Below are positions 40,596-50,884 of a DNA stretch of 64,000 bases, piece after piece (the first letter of the stretch is position 1; every line of letters starts with the position of its first letter). Where the stretch lies: positions 25,114-89,113 of the forward strand of contig JBALVX010000001.1 of assembly GCA_036961295.1 (NCBI GenBank), written 5' to 3'. This stretch comes from Porticoccaceae bacterium (GTDB lineage Bacteria > Pseudomonadota > Gammaproteobacteria > Pseudomonadales > Porticoccaceae). The position numbers and the translations under genes were made by a program. Below the pieces are notes generated by a model that saw nothing but the letters and a program-made list of their open reading frames with translations, was not told where the DNA came from and made no database searches.

Positions 40596-42170
40596 ATGAA
40601 AGATGTGCTGGATGCCCTAAGTACAGGATTAATTTTTGTTGTGCCTTTGGTTATTAGTGCAGGGGCAGCGGTAATTAGCGTAGGGGCGGCCTGGCATGCG
40701 TTGTTATTTAAGCGTGATTCTCGGGCCGCGCTAGGTTGGGTTGTGGTCTGCCTGACATTGCCTGTTATTGGCGCCATTTTTTATTTTATGTTTGGTATTA
40801 ATCGGGTGCGTGCCCGAGCGCAACGCTTGCGTGGTGAGCGCCGTCGCTGGTTTGTGGATTTTGAGCGCGGGTTCCGGCCGCAGCAAGTCATCGGCGAAGA
40901 AATACCCGATAACGTTATTTCCGATAGCGCAGCCTCTGGCCCCGGCCAGGTTGCGGATGTTAATTGCACAGTCGGTATCGCTCGGGCCGCCGCGACAGTG
41001 ACAGGAAGGCCGCTAAGTGAAAATAACAGGGTTAGCATTTTACGCAATGGTGAGCAGGCATTCCCTGCGATGTTGGCAGCCATTGCCGATGCCCGCCACA
41101 GTATTTTTTTAAGTACTTATATTTTTGAAAACAACCAGACTGGCTTGATTTTTGTGCAAGCCTTACAGGCCGCATTGGACCGGGGCGTGGAAGTCAGGGT
41201 GGTGGTTGACGGTATGGGCGCGTGGTATTCCCGGGGTATTATCGGCGCACTACGCAAAGCAGGTATCAATACCCGGCGATTTAACGCGCCGCGCATAGCA
41301 CTGCCGACCATGGCTTTAAATTTGCGCAATCACCGCAAAATTTTGTTGGTAGATGACCACATCGCTTTCGCCGGTGGGATGAATATTGGTGATCGTCACC
41401 TTCTAGGTCAAGCTGAAAACAATACGTCAACGGCGGATATTCAGTTTTGTTTTGAGGGCCCGGTGCTTACTCAGCTCGCCGATGTTTTTGCCGATACCTG
41501 GCGTATTGGTGGCGACCAAGCTAGTAACGACCAGACTCTCCCGGAGCTTCCGGTTCAGGCTTCCACAGTTAATGCCGATACGGTTAAGGCTGATGCAGTT
41601 AAAGAAAGCAATCGGCCATATACCAGCGCTTGCCGAGCGATTGCGGATGGCCCGGATGATAACCTGGACAAACTGGCATTGATCTTCGTTGCGGCGATGG
41701 ACTCTGCCCAGCACAGCATTCGAATTATGACGCCCTACTTTCTACCTAGTCAGGGCATGATTGCGATTTTGCAGTCAGCGGCTTTGCGTGGTTTACAGGT
41801 CTCAATAGTGCTGCCGGCTAAAAATAATTTGTCATATGTGCACTGGGCAACCCGAAATATGCTGTGGGAATTATTGTCCTGTGGCGTCAAGGTCTATTAT
41901 CAGCCTGGAGTGTTTGTCCATACCAAATTATTGCTAATCGATGACGCTTACGCTTTGGTAGGTTCCGCGAATATTGACCCCCGCAGCTTGCGGTTAAATT
42001 ATGAATTGGGTGTCGAGATTTACGATCAGGCCGTCGTGGCAGAACTTATTGGAGACTTTGAGGAAGCTGTGGGGCGTTCAGCCCCGATCACCCAGCAGGT
42101 ATTAGACGAACGCTCCTTGCTTGAGCGCACTCGCGATGCAGTATGTTGGTTGGTGTCGCCCTATCTGTAG
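40596..42170 (+). CDS. cls: cardiolipin synthase (PLD superfamily)
   Basis: 524 aa. Two N-terminal TM helices and two HKD motifs (HRKILLVDD, HTKLLLIDD). Confidence 0.9.
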   Translation: MKDVLDALSTGLIFVVPLVISAGAAVISVGAAWHALLFKRDSRAALGWVVVCLTLPVIGAIFYFMFGINRVRARAQRLRGERRRWFVDFERGFRPQQVIGEEIPDNVISDSAASGPGQVADVNCTVGIARAAATVTGRPLSENNRVSILRNGEQAFPAMLAAIADARHSIFLSTYIFENNQTGLIFVQALQAALDRGVEVRVVVDGMGAWYSRGIIGALRKAGINTRRFNAPRIALPTMALNLRNHRKILLVDDHIAFAGGMNIGDRHLLGQAENNTSTADIQFCFEGPVLTQLADVFADTWRIGGDQASNDQTLPELPVQASTVNADTVKADAVKESNRPYTSACRAIADGPDDNLDKLALIFVAAMDSAQHSIRIMTPYFLPSQGMIAILQSAALRGLQVSIVLPAKNNLSYVHWATRNMLWELLSCGVKVYYQPGVFVHTKLLLIDDAYALVGSANIDPRSLRLNYELGVEIYDQAVVAELIGDFEEAVGRSAPITQQVLDERSLLERTRDAVCWLVSPYL

Positions 42171-42231
42171 AATGCTCAGTGATTACTTAGCTGGGAATTA
42201 ACGGACGAGTTAAAACTGCTTAAAAGAGTAG

Positions 42232-42270
42232 CACATAAAAATGCCGGGTCTAGCCCGGCATTTTTATGTG
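42232..42270. terminator. bidirectional terminator (17-bp perfect arms)
   Basis: cacataaaaatgccggg tctag cccggcatttttatgtg, between the convergent cls and TonB-receptor genes. Confidence 0.85.
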
Positions 42271-42285
42271 CTTGCGTGGTAGGAA

Positions 42286-44442
42286 TTAATAACGGTGTTG
42301 AATCTCCACACCCAATATTCTGCCCTTGCCTAGGGGCGAGAAGGTGGCACCAGGAGAGCCTGGGAAAAAGCCGGGTAATTGAGTATCGCCGCCGACTGTA
42401 ACCTCGTCCTTAAGATTTTTGCCGTACAGGGATACAGTGAGATTATCGTTAAGCGCCCAGTCGAGACTGGCATCGATCATATCGACCGCATTTAAGGTGC
42501 CCGCATTACTGTCGGTGTAAGCGGCAGCGTCGCGATGAGAAAAGCTGGCCATCGCGGTTAGCATGCCAAGGTCGCCCATACTATGGTCATAAATAAAGCT
42601 GGCACCGTATTCCCAGGGCGATAAACGTGGCAGATCCAGACCCTTGTCAACGCCGTTAATAATACCGTCTATATTAAGGTCTACTTTTACGTCGTCGTAA
42701 CTGCCATCGATATAACCGGCAAACACCTGGGTGGTGAAGTTATCGGTAATCAGGGCAATGGCTTCCAGTTCAAAACCTTTGATAATAGCCGTGGCGGAGT
42801 TAACGATAGTTTGATTAACGCCAATGGGCCCAGGTTCATTCAGTTCGCGCTGCATATCGGTGATTTTGTTATGAAAAGCAGAGGCATTAAGGCGTACACG
42901 ACCGTCCATAAAGTCTTTTTTCATGCCAATTTCGTAGGATCTTTGTGTTTCCTGATCAAAAGGATCGGTGGCGACGCTTGGATCGGTATTTCTCAAGTTG
43001 TAGCCGCCGCTGCGAAAACCCTTGGTCCAGGAAATATAATATTGGGTGGATTCGTCCGGTAACCATTGCAGACCAATTTTCGGGGTAAAGCTATCCCAGT
43101 CTTCTGAATCGCTAAAGTCGAAGACACAGGCACCACTATCGATATCACAGCCATTGAGGGCGAGGTTGGCAACATCCCCTTCCTTTTTCTCAGTGCTATA
43201 GCGACCACCGAGCGTCAGTACTAGCTGATCAGTCAGAGAAATATCGGCCTGGCTAAAAAAGCCCCAGGTTTCGGTTTCTAACGTACCGCCACCGGTGAAA
43301 TTGAGGAAGCCAAACAAAAAACGGCGCTCTATATAGTCTATATCTTGAGTAAAGTAGTAGACGCCGCTGGTAATGGCTACCGGACCAAAGTTGCCGGAGT
43401 AACGCAGTTCGTTCGACAATTGATCCTGATCAAGTTTGGCGAATCCGTTGAAGACTGAGAACGGGCTTGCATCAATATCACTGAGGGAGTCCGACTTGTA
43501 ATCCCGGTAGCCGAGAATATTGGTAATTCGGCCTTCCCCGAAATTGACATCCCAGTTGGTTTCCAGGCTGGCATTATTCCAGCGTTGTTGGGCGTAGCCA
43601 TCTTCATCGATGGAAAAATCGAAGTTATCTCGGTCGGACAGGCCGTGGTTTTTACTGGCTGGGCCATCACTCAGGGAATCGCCATTTTCGTAGCGCAGGA
43701 TAAAGTCCAGAGTGTCGGTGGCGGCGTAGGTTAGCGCACCTCGAACCAGGCGGGTATCGGCATCACCGAAGTTATCGTTGCCGTCAAAATCATTGTCGTG
43801 ATAACCGCGATCATCGTTGTAATACAGGGCTATTTTGCCGCCGATTTTGTCGGTGAGTGGGCCGGAGATTACCGTGGATGCCACATAATTAAGACCGGAC
43901 TCAACCGCAAACTTGCTGTTCATACTAAATTCGTCGCCGGGTAGTGTGGTGCGCAGCAGTACCGCACCGCCGGTTACATTGCGACCAAACAATAAACCCT
44001 GCGGCCCGCGCAATACTTCGGCACCGGCCAGGTCAAAGGTGTCCATGACCACGCCCATGTTAAGGCCGTAATACATGCCATCGATAAACATTCCAACCGT
44101 GGGATCAATTCCGGGGATCGAGCTGTTGATGCCCAGGCCACGAATAGAGAAATTTGCAACGCCTCTAAAGGTGCCAACATCATCCAGTTGCACATTAGGG
44201 ATGGAGAAAGCCAGGCTTTTCACATCGCGCATATGCAGCGCATCGATTTGAGCTTCGTCGAACGCGGTGACCGCCAGTGGCACATCCTGAACGCTGATAC
44301 CATCGGGTTTTTTGGTGGCAGTGGTGATGACTTCTTCCAGCAACACATTACCCGTGCTGGCTGCGTAGGAAGGTAGGGCTATTAGTGCAGAGAAGGCCAG
44401 GATCGGTAAAGCTAATCGCTGCGCGAGAGTTTTTTTACTCAT
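42286..44442 (-). CDS. TonB-dependent receptor
   Basis: 718 aa. Signal peptide, plug motifs (VLRGPQGLLFGRN) and a C-terminal beta-barrel ending ...GVEIQHRY. Confidence 0.9.
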   Translation of the reverse strand: MSKKTLAQRLALPILAFSALIALPSYAASTGNVLLEEVITTATKKPDGISVQDVPLAVTAFDEAQIDALHMRDVKSLAFSIPNVQLDDVGTFRGVANFSIRGLGINSSIPGIDPTVGMFIDGMYYGLNMGVVMDTFDLAGAEVLRGPQGLLFGRNVTGGAVLLRTTLPGDEFSMNSKFAVESGLNYVASTVISGPLTDKIGGKIALYYNDDRGYHDNDFDGNDNFGDADTRLVRGALTYAATDTLDFILRYENGDSLSDGPASKNHGLSDRDNFDFSIDEDGYAQQRWNNASLETNWDVNFGEGRITNILGYRDYKSDSLSDIDASPFSVFNGFAKLDQDQLSNELRYSGNFGPVAITSGVYYFTQDIDYIERRFLFGFLNFTGGGTLETETWGFFSQADISLTDQLVLTLGGRYSTEKKEGDVANLALNGCDIDSGACVFDFSDSEDWDSFTPKIGLQWLPDESTQYYISWTKGFRSGGYNLRNTDPSVATDPFDQETQRSYEIGMKKDFMDGRVRLNASAFHNKITDMQRELNEPGPIGVNQTIVNSATAIIKGFELEAIALITDNFTTQVFAGYIDGSYDDVKVDLNIDGIINGVDKGLDLPRLSPWEYGASFIYDHSMGDLGMLTAMASFSHRDAAAYTDSNAGTLNAVDMIDASLDWALNDNLTVSLYGKNLKDEVTVGGDTQLPGFFPGSPGATFSPLGKGRILGVEIQHRY

Positions 44443-44732
44443 GAGGATGCTCCTGTATATTTTATTAAGCCACGTTCCTTATTTTCTTACAGGTATCCGT
44501 ACACTGAGTGGCATTGTTGTCATTTGATTATAGTTCGCCGACTCCAAGATAGACTACATCGCTGGCATTGTAAAACGGATTTTGCTTGTGGTTTTGCGGG
44601 GTTGTTAGCGAGAGGGAAGCGCGGTGTAAGCCATAGGTCGTGCGGAGGTCTGGTGAGAAAGCAGCGGTCGTCTCTCAAGGGCTCTGGAAGATAGTTTGAG
44701 CCGATGTTTTGACAGGTTTTAACTAATTGATT

Positions 44733-44770
44733 TTTAATAAAAACCCCCGGGTATTCGTGCATACCCGGGG
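44733..44770 (-). terminator. rho-independent terminator of the carboxylase/ACAD operon
   Basis: Perfect 10-bp stem ccccgggtat/atacccgggg. On the minus strand it is followed by a U-rich run. Confidence 0.8.
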
Positions 44771-44838
44771 TTTCAATTGAATGTTTCTTTTTATGTTTTT
44801 TTATACTGATTATCTTGGTTCTAGCTGACTGACTATTG

Positions 44839-45996
44839 TCAGCTGATGATAGAACGCTTGGAGATTTCCTCCAGCATAACTTCGGTGGCGCCGCCGCCAA
44901 TACTTTGTACACGCGCATCGCGGGACATGCGCTCGATGGCGCTTTCGCGGATATAGCCAAAGCCACCGTGAAATTGCAGGCAGGTGTACATCACTTCATT
45001 AACCAATTCACAGCAAAAGGCTTTGGCCATCGACACTTCTTTAACGCAATCCTGCCCGAGGGAATCCAGCCAGGCAGCGTGGTAGGTGAGTTGCCGGCCC
45101 GCTTCGACCTTGGCTTGCAACATAGCGAGACGTTGGCGAATGGTTTGTTTGTCCCATAAGGTGCCGCCAAAGGCTTTGCGTTCTTGCACGTATTGCAAAG
45201 TCATCTCCAGTGCTTTGGCTGCTTCTCCCATGGTTTGCGCGGCCAGCACGGTGCGCTCATTCTGGAAGTTTTTCATAATGGAATAAAAGCCTTTATTAAG
45301 TTCGCCAAGAATATTTTCCTTGGGCACCCGGCAATTATCAAACACCAGTTCAGCGGTATCGGAACAGCGCCAACCCTGTTTGTCGAGGGCGCGACTGGCA
45401 GTAAAACCGGCCATGCCTTTTTCGACGATAAAAATAGTCACGCCCCGCGAGCTTTTCACCGTGGTGTCGGTTTTGGCGGCGACGAAATACACATCGCCTT
45501 TAACGCCATTGGTGATAAACATTTTTGTACCGTTGAGCACATAGCTATCACCATCTTCTACGGCGGTGGTGCGAATACCTGCCACATCGGAACCGGCATC
45601 GGGTTCAGTAACCGCGACCGCGCAGATTTTTTTACCGCTAATTAAGTCGGGCATGTATTTATCTTTTTGCGCTTTGTTACCAAAATTCTCTAAATGCGGA
45701 GACGCCATATCGGTATGCACCGTCACGGTAACTGCGAAACCACCAAAGGAGGAGCGGCCTAATTCTTCCGCAAGGATAACGCTGCCCAGGGTGTTCATAT
45801 TGCTGCCGCCGTACTCTTCGCCGTAGCGAATGCCGAGAAAGCCGAGATCTCCCATTTTTCGTAGTACATCGCGGGGTACAAACCCATCCTGTTCCCAGGG
45901 CTCGGCATTGGGCACGATCTCCTGTTCGACAAAGCGACGAATTTGGTCGCGCAGCATATTTTGTTCTTCAGAAAAATACAGTTGGTTGGTGCTCAC
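44839..45996 (-). CDS. acyl-CoA dehydrogenase (AtuD/LiuA-like)
   Basis: 385 aa. Typical ACAD layout (TEPDAGSD, ...GGFGY...). Last gene of the carboxylase operon. Confidence 0.85.
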   Translation of the reverse strand: MSTNQLYFSEEQNMLRDQIRRFVEQEIVPNAEPWEQDGFVPRDVLRKMGDLGFLGIRYGEEYGGSNMNTLGSVILAEELGRSSFGGFAVTVTVHTDMASPHLENFGNKAQKDKYMPDLISGKKICAVAVTEPDAGSDVAGIRTTAVEDGDSYVLNGTKMFITNGVKGDVYFVAAKTDTTVKSSRGVTIFIVEKGMAGFTASRALDKQGWRCSDTAELVFDNCRVPKENILGELNKGFYSIMKNFQNERTVLAAQTMGEAAKALEMTLQYVQERKAFGGTLWDKQTIRQRLAMLQAKVEAGRQLTYHAAWLDSLGQDCVKEVSMAKAFCCELVNEVMYTCLQFHGGFGYIRESAIERMSRDARVQSIGGGATEVMLEEISKRSIIS

Positions 45997-46064
45997 GTGT
46001 GATCCTCTTCGATGTTGGTTGCGCGTATTGCTAGGTTTACGCTTTAAGTTTTAGTGTGTTTGAT

Positions 46065-48137
46065 TCAGGTGTTTGGTTTTAGCTCGATGAGTAGCGCGCC
46101 ATTTTCGACATTATCGCCGACGGCACAAAAAATATCCTGCACGGTGCCGTCTGTTTGGGCGTTGAGTTTATGGAGTAGCTTCATTGAGTCCAGTACGGCT
46201 ACCGTATCGCCCGCGGTGACTGAATCGCCGACCTTGCAACACACTTCAACGACCTGACCCGGTAGGGCCGCCGTTACCCGGTGATCGCCGGAGCCGGCGT
46301 CAGATAAGGAGCCAAGCGCGAGCTGATGTTCGTCCAGCAAACGCCAGCGCTGTATTTTATCACCGTTGCTGATGATTAAGAGCTCGTCTTCAGACTGAAG
46401 GCTCAGCGTGTGAGTGTGCGCTCCTAATTCAGCATCTTCTATTTCAATCAGACAAGAGCCAGAAGCCAAACCTGTGGCAGTTGCGCTGATTTCGTGGCTA
46501 GTCTCGGGGCTGATCTCGAAGGTATGGGCTTTAGCGTGATAAGTATCACCGCTACGGCTTACCGTAACGAGGTGCTGTTGTCCGCTTTCGTCCTCCAGCG
46601 CTATTCGATTTTGGGCGGTAATACCGGCGCGCTCCAATAGACGGAAACTGCCGAGTGTTTGCCAGGGAGAAGACAATGCTGCACCAGTCGGATGTTCCCG
46701 ATTTACGGTATGGGCGATGGCCGCTAGCAAGGGGGCGTCGGCAGAGACCGGCGCAGGCGTCCAACCGCCGGGGAAGCATTGCGCCAAAAACCCAGTGCTT
46801 AGCGCTTGATCGATAAATTCGGGGCGGCGCAAAATGTCGGTAACAAAAGCCAGGTTGGTGCGCGGCCCGGTAATACGAAATTGATTAAGGGCGGTGATGA
46901 GCCGGGATTTTGCCTGTGCCCGGTCGTCGCCACCGGCGATAACTTTGGCGATCATCGAGTCGTAGTAGGGGGTGATTTCAGACCCGGCCTGCACGGCGCT
47001 GTCTATGCGTACTTCAGTTTTTCCACCTGGTTCGTTACCTGGTAGTGAGCCGGGTTCTGAGTAGTGGGTAATCAGACCGGTTTGCGGCTGGTAATTATTG
47101 GCGGGGTCTTCGGCATTGATGCGGGCTTCAATGGCCCAGCCATCGCAAGGGATTTGATCTTGGGATAAGGGCAGCGCTTCACCCGCCGCGATACGAATTT
47201 GCCATTCAACTAAATCGAGGCCGGTAATGTATTCGGTAACCGGATGCTCGACTTGCAGGCGCGTGTTCATTTCTAAAAAATAAATATCACCGCTGTTGTG
47301 ATCGAGCAAAAATTCAATAGTGCCTAGCGAGTCGTAATTAATGGCCTTGGTCAGGGTAAGGGCGCTGGCATAGAGCGCTTCCCGCTGCTGGTCACTAATA
47401 AATGCAGCGGGCGCTTCTTCAATCACTTTTTGATGGTTGCGTTGAATGGAGCATTCCCGCTCATACAAATGCACGGTAGTGCCGGTTGTGTCCGCAGCTA
47501 CCTGTACCTCGATATGGCGAGGTGCGGTGACCAGTTTTTCCAGCAGCATGGCGTCGTCGCCAAAACTGGCGAGGGCTTCGCGTTTGGCATCTTGCAGAGC
47601 CGCCGCGAACTCGGCGGCGCTATCGACCTGGCGCATGCCTTTGCCACCGCCACCCGCACTGGCTTTTATCATGAGTGGGTAGCCAACCTTATCGGCTTCC
47701 AGAGCTAACGTAGTCTCGCTTTGATCCTCACCGTGATAACCGGGAATCACTGGCACGCCAGCTTGCTGGGCAATGCGTTTGGCTTCCAGCTTGGAACCCA
47801 TCAAACGAATGGCTTCCCGGTTGGGGCCGACGAAAATAATGTTTTGTTTTTCGCACAGAGAAATTAACGCATCGCTTTCGGACAAAAAACCATAACCGGG
47901 ATGAATGGCGTCAACTTTTGCGCGTAAGGCAACGGCGATAATCGCGTCGGCATTCAGGTAGGAAGCGGCGCTCTCTGCGAGGCCAATACCATAGGCTTCA
48001 TCGGCGAGAGCCACGTGGGGCGCATGGCGATCGGCCTCGGAATACACAGCAACCGCGCGAATATTAAGACGGCGACAGGTGCGAATAATACGAGCGGCAA
48101 TTTCGCCGCGATTGGCTACTAATAAAGATGTAATCAT
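46065..48137 (-). CDS. biotin-dependent acyl-CoA carboxylase alpha subunit (biotin carboxylase + BCCP)
   Basis: 690 aa. LLVANRGEIAARIIRTCRRLNI, ATP-grasp domain, C-terminal biotinyl motif VLDSMKL. Confidence 0.9.
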   Translation of the reverse strand: MITSLLVANRGEIAARIIRTCRRLNIRAVAVYSEADRHAPHVALADEAYGIGLAESAASYLNADAIIAVALRAKVDAIHPGYGFLSESDALISLCEKQNIIFVGPNREAIRLMGSKLEAKRIAQQAGVPVIPGYHGEDQSETTLALEADKVGYPLMIKASAGGGGKGMRQVDSAAEFAAALQDAKREALASFGDDAMLLEKLVTAPRHIEVQVAADTTGTTVHLYERECSIQRNHQKVIEEAPAAFISDQQREALYASALTLTKAINYDSLGTIEFLLDHNSGDIYFLEMNTRLQVEHPVTEYITGLDLVEWQIRIAAGEALPLSQDQIPCDGWAIEARINAEDPANNYQPQTGLITHYSEPGSLPGNEPGGKTEVRIDSAVQAGSEITPYYDSMIAKVIAGGDDRAQAKSRLITALNQFRITGPRTNLAFVTDILRRPEFIDQALSTGFLAQCFPGGWTPAPVSADAPLLAAIAHTVNREHPTGAALSSPWQTLGSFRLLERAGITAQNRIALEDESGQQHLVTVSRSGDTYHAKAHTFEISPETSHEISATATGLASGSCLIEIEDAELGAHTHTLSLQSEDELLIISNGDKIQRWRLLDEHQLALGSLSDAGSGDHRVTAALPGQVVEVCCKVGDSVTAGDTVAVLDSMKLLHKLNAQTDGTVQDIFCAVGDNVENGALLIELKPNT

Positions 48138-48205
48138 GGAATGTTTGGTCGCCTGTTTATTCGCGCTGAAAAAGTATTGGTAAGAGTCTTATTGTCATTA
48201 AGGAC

Positions 48206-49807
48206 TTACATTCTATACACGGGGGACGGCCCGGCTTCCGGCTCTCGTGTGGCGGTTAAGGCTAAACATAGGCCCATCACGTCGCGAGTTTGCGCGGGTT
48301 CGATAATGCCGTCGTCCCAAAGTCGAGAGGTGGCGTAGTAGGGGTCGCTTTGTTCCCCGTACTGGGCGCGCACGTCGTCCTCGATTTTCTGTAATTCTTC
48401 TGCACTGGCTTCGCCGTGTTTAATACTGCTGCGGCGCAATTCCAACATCACGTTACTGGCAATGTCCGCACTCATGGTGGCGCAACTGGCGGTGGGCCAG
48501 GTGAACATAAAGTGCGGACCAAAGCCGCGCCCGGCCATGCCGTAATTACCCGCGCCGTAGGAGCCGCCGACAATGACTGAAAATTTAGGTACTCGCGCGT
48601 TAGCCTGGGCGTAGACCATCTTCGCGCTGTTTTTGGCAATGCCACCGCGTTCTGCATCCGTGCCCACCATGTACCCGGTGATATTGTGCAAAAACAGCAG
48701 CGGGGTATTGCGTTGATTGCACAGCTCAATAAAATGCGCGCCCTTTAATGCCGACTCCGAAAACAGTGCGCCGTTATTACCAAGAATCCCCACCGGATAG
48801 CCGTGAATATGTGCGGTACCGCAAACCAGGGTTTCGCCGTAGAGCGGTTTGAATTCGTGGAAGTCGCTGTCGTCCACCAGCCGGGCGATAATTTCGCGAA
48901 CATCGTAGGGGATTTTTGGATCAGCGCTGACAATACCGTTTAATTCTTCCGGGCTATAAGCGGGAGGTAAGACCGGCTGGGTGTCGGTGTGGCAGGTTTT
49001 TGGAAAATTCAGTTTGCCGATAATTTCCCGTAGCCGTGCCAATGCCTCGGGTTCGTCTTCGGCCAGATAATCGCTAACGCCGGACACCTTGGTGTGCATT
49101 TCAGCACCGCCCAGGGTTTCGCCATCGACGTCTTCGTTGATAGCTACTTTCACAATGGAGGGGCCGCCGAGGTGAATGCGGGCGTTACCCTTCACCATGA
49201 TGTTTTCGTCGGATAAGGCGGGAATATAAGCGCCGCCCGCCGTACAGCCGCCAAATACCGCCGACAGTTGCGGCAGGCCCTGCTGAGACATGCGGCATTG
49301 CCGGAAAAAGCTGTTGCCGAAGTGATCTTTGTCGGGGAATACCCGGTCTTGCTCCGGCAAATAAGCGCCACCGCAATCCACCAGATAAATACAGGGCAGC
49401 CGGTTTTGCTCGGCAATTTCCTGAGCGCGAACGTGTTTTTTGACCGTCTCGTGAAAAAACGAGCCGCCTTTAACCGTGGCGTCGTTGGCGATAATCATAC
49501 AGTGAATACCGCAAATTTGGCCGATGCCCGTGACAATGCCCGCGGAGGGTACCTCGTTGTTGTATTGGCCGTAGGCCGCCAACGGAGATAATTCCAAAAA
49601 AGGCGTGTGGGCATCAATCAACCGGTCGACGCGCTCTCGTGCCAGCAACTTACCGCGCTCCCGATGCCGCACAATTAACTTTTCGCGAATACCGGTGGCG
49701 GCTTCGCTCAGGCGAGAACGCAATTGGTCCGTTGATTTTTGGTATTGCTCGCTGTTGGTTTTAAACTCCGGAGAGCGGGGGTTAATCGCGGACTGAATAC
49801 GACTCAT
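48206..49807 (-). CDS. acyl-CoA carboxylase beta (carboxyltransferase) subunit, methylcrotonyl/geranyl-CoA type
   Basis: Start set at ATG 49807 (MSRIQSAINPRS..., 533 aa), not the longer ORF to 49945. Typical MCCase-beta sequence. Confidence 0.88.
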   Translation of the reverse strand: MSRIQSAINPRSPEFKTNSEQYQKSTDQLRSRLSEAATGIREKLIVRHRERGKLLARERVDRLIDAHTPFLELSPLAAYGQYNNEVPSAGIVTGIGQICGIHCMIIANDATVKGGSFFHETVKKHVRAQEIAEQNRLPCIYLVDCGGAYLPEQDRVFPDKDHFGNSFFRQCRMSQQGLPQLSAVFGGCTAGGAYIPALSDENIMVKGNARIHLGGPSIVKVAINEDVDGETLGGAEMHTKVSGVSDYLAEDEPEALARLREIIGKLNFPKTCHTDTQPVLPPAYSPEELNGIVSADPKIPYDVREIIARLVDDSDFHEFKPLYGETLVCGTAHIHGYPVGILGNNGALFSESALKGAHFIELCNQRNTPLLFLHNITGYMVGTDAERGGIAKNSAKMVYAQANARVPKFSVIVGGSYGAGNYGMAGRGFGPHFMFTWPTASCATMSADIASNVMLELRRSSIKHGEASAEELQKIEDDVRAQYGEQSDPYYATSRLWDDGIIEPAQTRDVMGLCLALTATREPEAGPSPVYRM

Positions 49808-49813
49808 AGCGGT

Positions 49814-49856
49814 CTCTTTTATACGGCTCTTTTTAATACGACTCTTTATAATACGA
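49814..49856. repeat. tandem repeat, 3 x 13-15 bp (ctcttt(t)a(a)tacg)
   Basis: ctcttttatacgg / ctctttttaatacga / ctctttataatacga, ending 6 nt upstream of the carboxyltransferase ATG on the minus strand. Confidence 0.7.
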
Positions 49857-50074
49857 ATGAGCGAGGGATACTGGTTTTGTTGCTTAGCTTGATAACCCCC
49901 GCGCAGGCAGCCGCTAAGGCTAACAAACTGGCAGAGTTGACGCAATTAATAGGGGGTAGTTGGGGGCTTAGGTAGTTGGGGATTAGATAGCTAAATTATA
50001 GACAAGGAGCAATCGAGAGATCGTTGGGAAAAAAGTTCCTCAGCAGGCGTTGCCTTACCTTTGATCAGGAGACT

Positions 50075-50776
50075 TTACCAGGACTCAGTATTGGGCCGCA
50101 GGTCAACTTCAAAAGTCCATGCTGACCGATCCTGCTGCGCCAGGTGGTAGTAGGTTTCGGCAATGGCTTCGGCTTTTAAGAAGGTATCGTCGGCTTTGTC
50201 GGGGAACATCTCCCGGGTTCGAGGTATATCGATAACGCCATCAATAATGACCAGCGCGACGTGGATGCCTTCGCTGCCTAAGGATCTGGCCAGCGATTGG
50301 GTCAAATTTCGTTGTGCCGCCTTTGCCGAGCTAAAGGCCGCAAAGTTGGCGCCGCCACGCAATGAAGCCGTTGCGCCCGTAACCAGCAGGCTACCGCCAC
50401 CATTTTTTGTCATCGCCGGAACCACGGCCTGAGATACAGCCAGTAAGCCGAGGGCGTTAACCTTCCAGGCATTTTCAAAATCGTTAAAGGTCGTGTCCAG
50501 GGCGGAGGCAAATAGGCCACCTCCGGCGTTGTAAATCACCACATTTGGCGTGCCCAGCGTCTTAAGAATTTGCGCAAAAGTGGTTTTTATCGAATCGGGG
50601 TCGGATAAGTCACAGGAAAAAGGACTAATGTCTTCATTGCCCTTGGCGTAGTCCTGCATTCTCTCCAGGTTTCTGGCCAGCAGAGCGATGCGATAGCCGG
50701 CCTTATGAAATCGTTCGCAGAACGCCAGGCCGTTTCCCGGGCCAACTCCGGCAATGATGCATAGTGGTTTTTTCAT
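50075..50776 (-). CDS. short-chain dehydrogenase/reductase family protein
   Basis: 233 aa. GVGPGNGLA Rossmann motif, FSSAKAA in the usual YxxxK position, C-terminal WTFEVDLRP. Confidence 0.8.
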   Translation of the reverse strand: MKKPLCIIAGVGPGNGLAFCERFHKAGYRIALLARNLERMQDYAKGNEDISPFSCDLSDPDSIKTTFAQILKTLGTPNVVIYNAGGGLFASALDTTFNDFENAWKVNALGLLAVSQAVVPAMTKNGGGSLLVTGATASLRGGANFAAFSSAKAAQRNLTQSLARSLGSEGIHVALVIIDGVIDIPRTREMFPDKADDTFLKAEAIAETYYHLAQQDRSAWTFEVDLRPNTESW

Positions 50777-50884
50777 GATTGCGTACCTGCTGAAGTGTTG
50801 ATCGTATTGCTAAAGTGTAGCTAGCTTTATAAATAAGTAGAAGCGCATATTTGCGGATGTGAAGTGCAAGAGCGCGGAGTGGGT

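Noticed and set aside
44560-44700. GC-rich structured segment upstream of the TonB-dependent receptor with plus-strand AGGGAAGCGCGGTGTAAGCC, reminiscent of a cobalamin-riboswitch core.
   Set aside because: The resemblance is on the strand opposite to the receptor gene. The B12 box and the GCCACTG element are absent, and the receptor is not BtuB-like in size. This cannot be supported without a covariance-model search (Rfam RF00174 and others on both strands).
44520-44966. 148-aa minus-strand ORF bridging the intergenic region, the terminator and the 3' end of the acyl-CoA dehydrogenase gene.
   Set aside because: It runs through a perfect 10-bp terminator stem and overlaps the ACAD coding region out of frame. 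No motif supports it.
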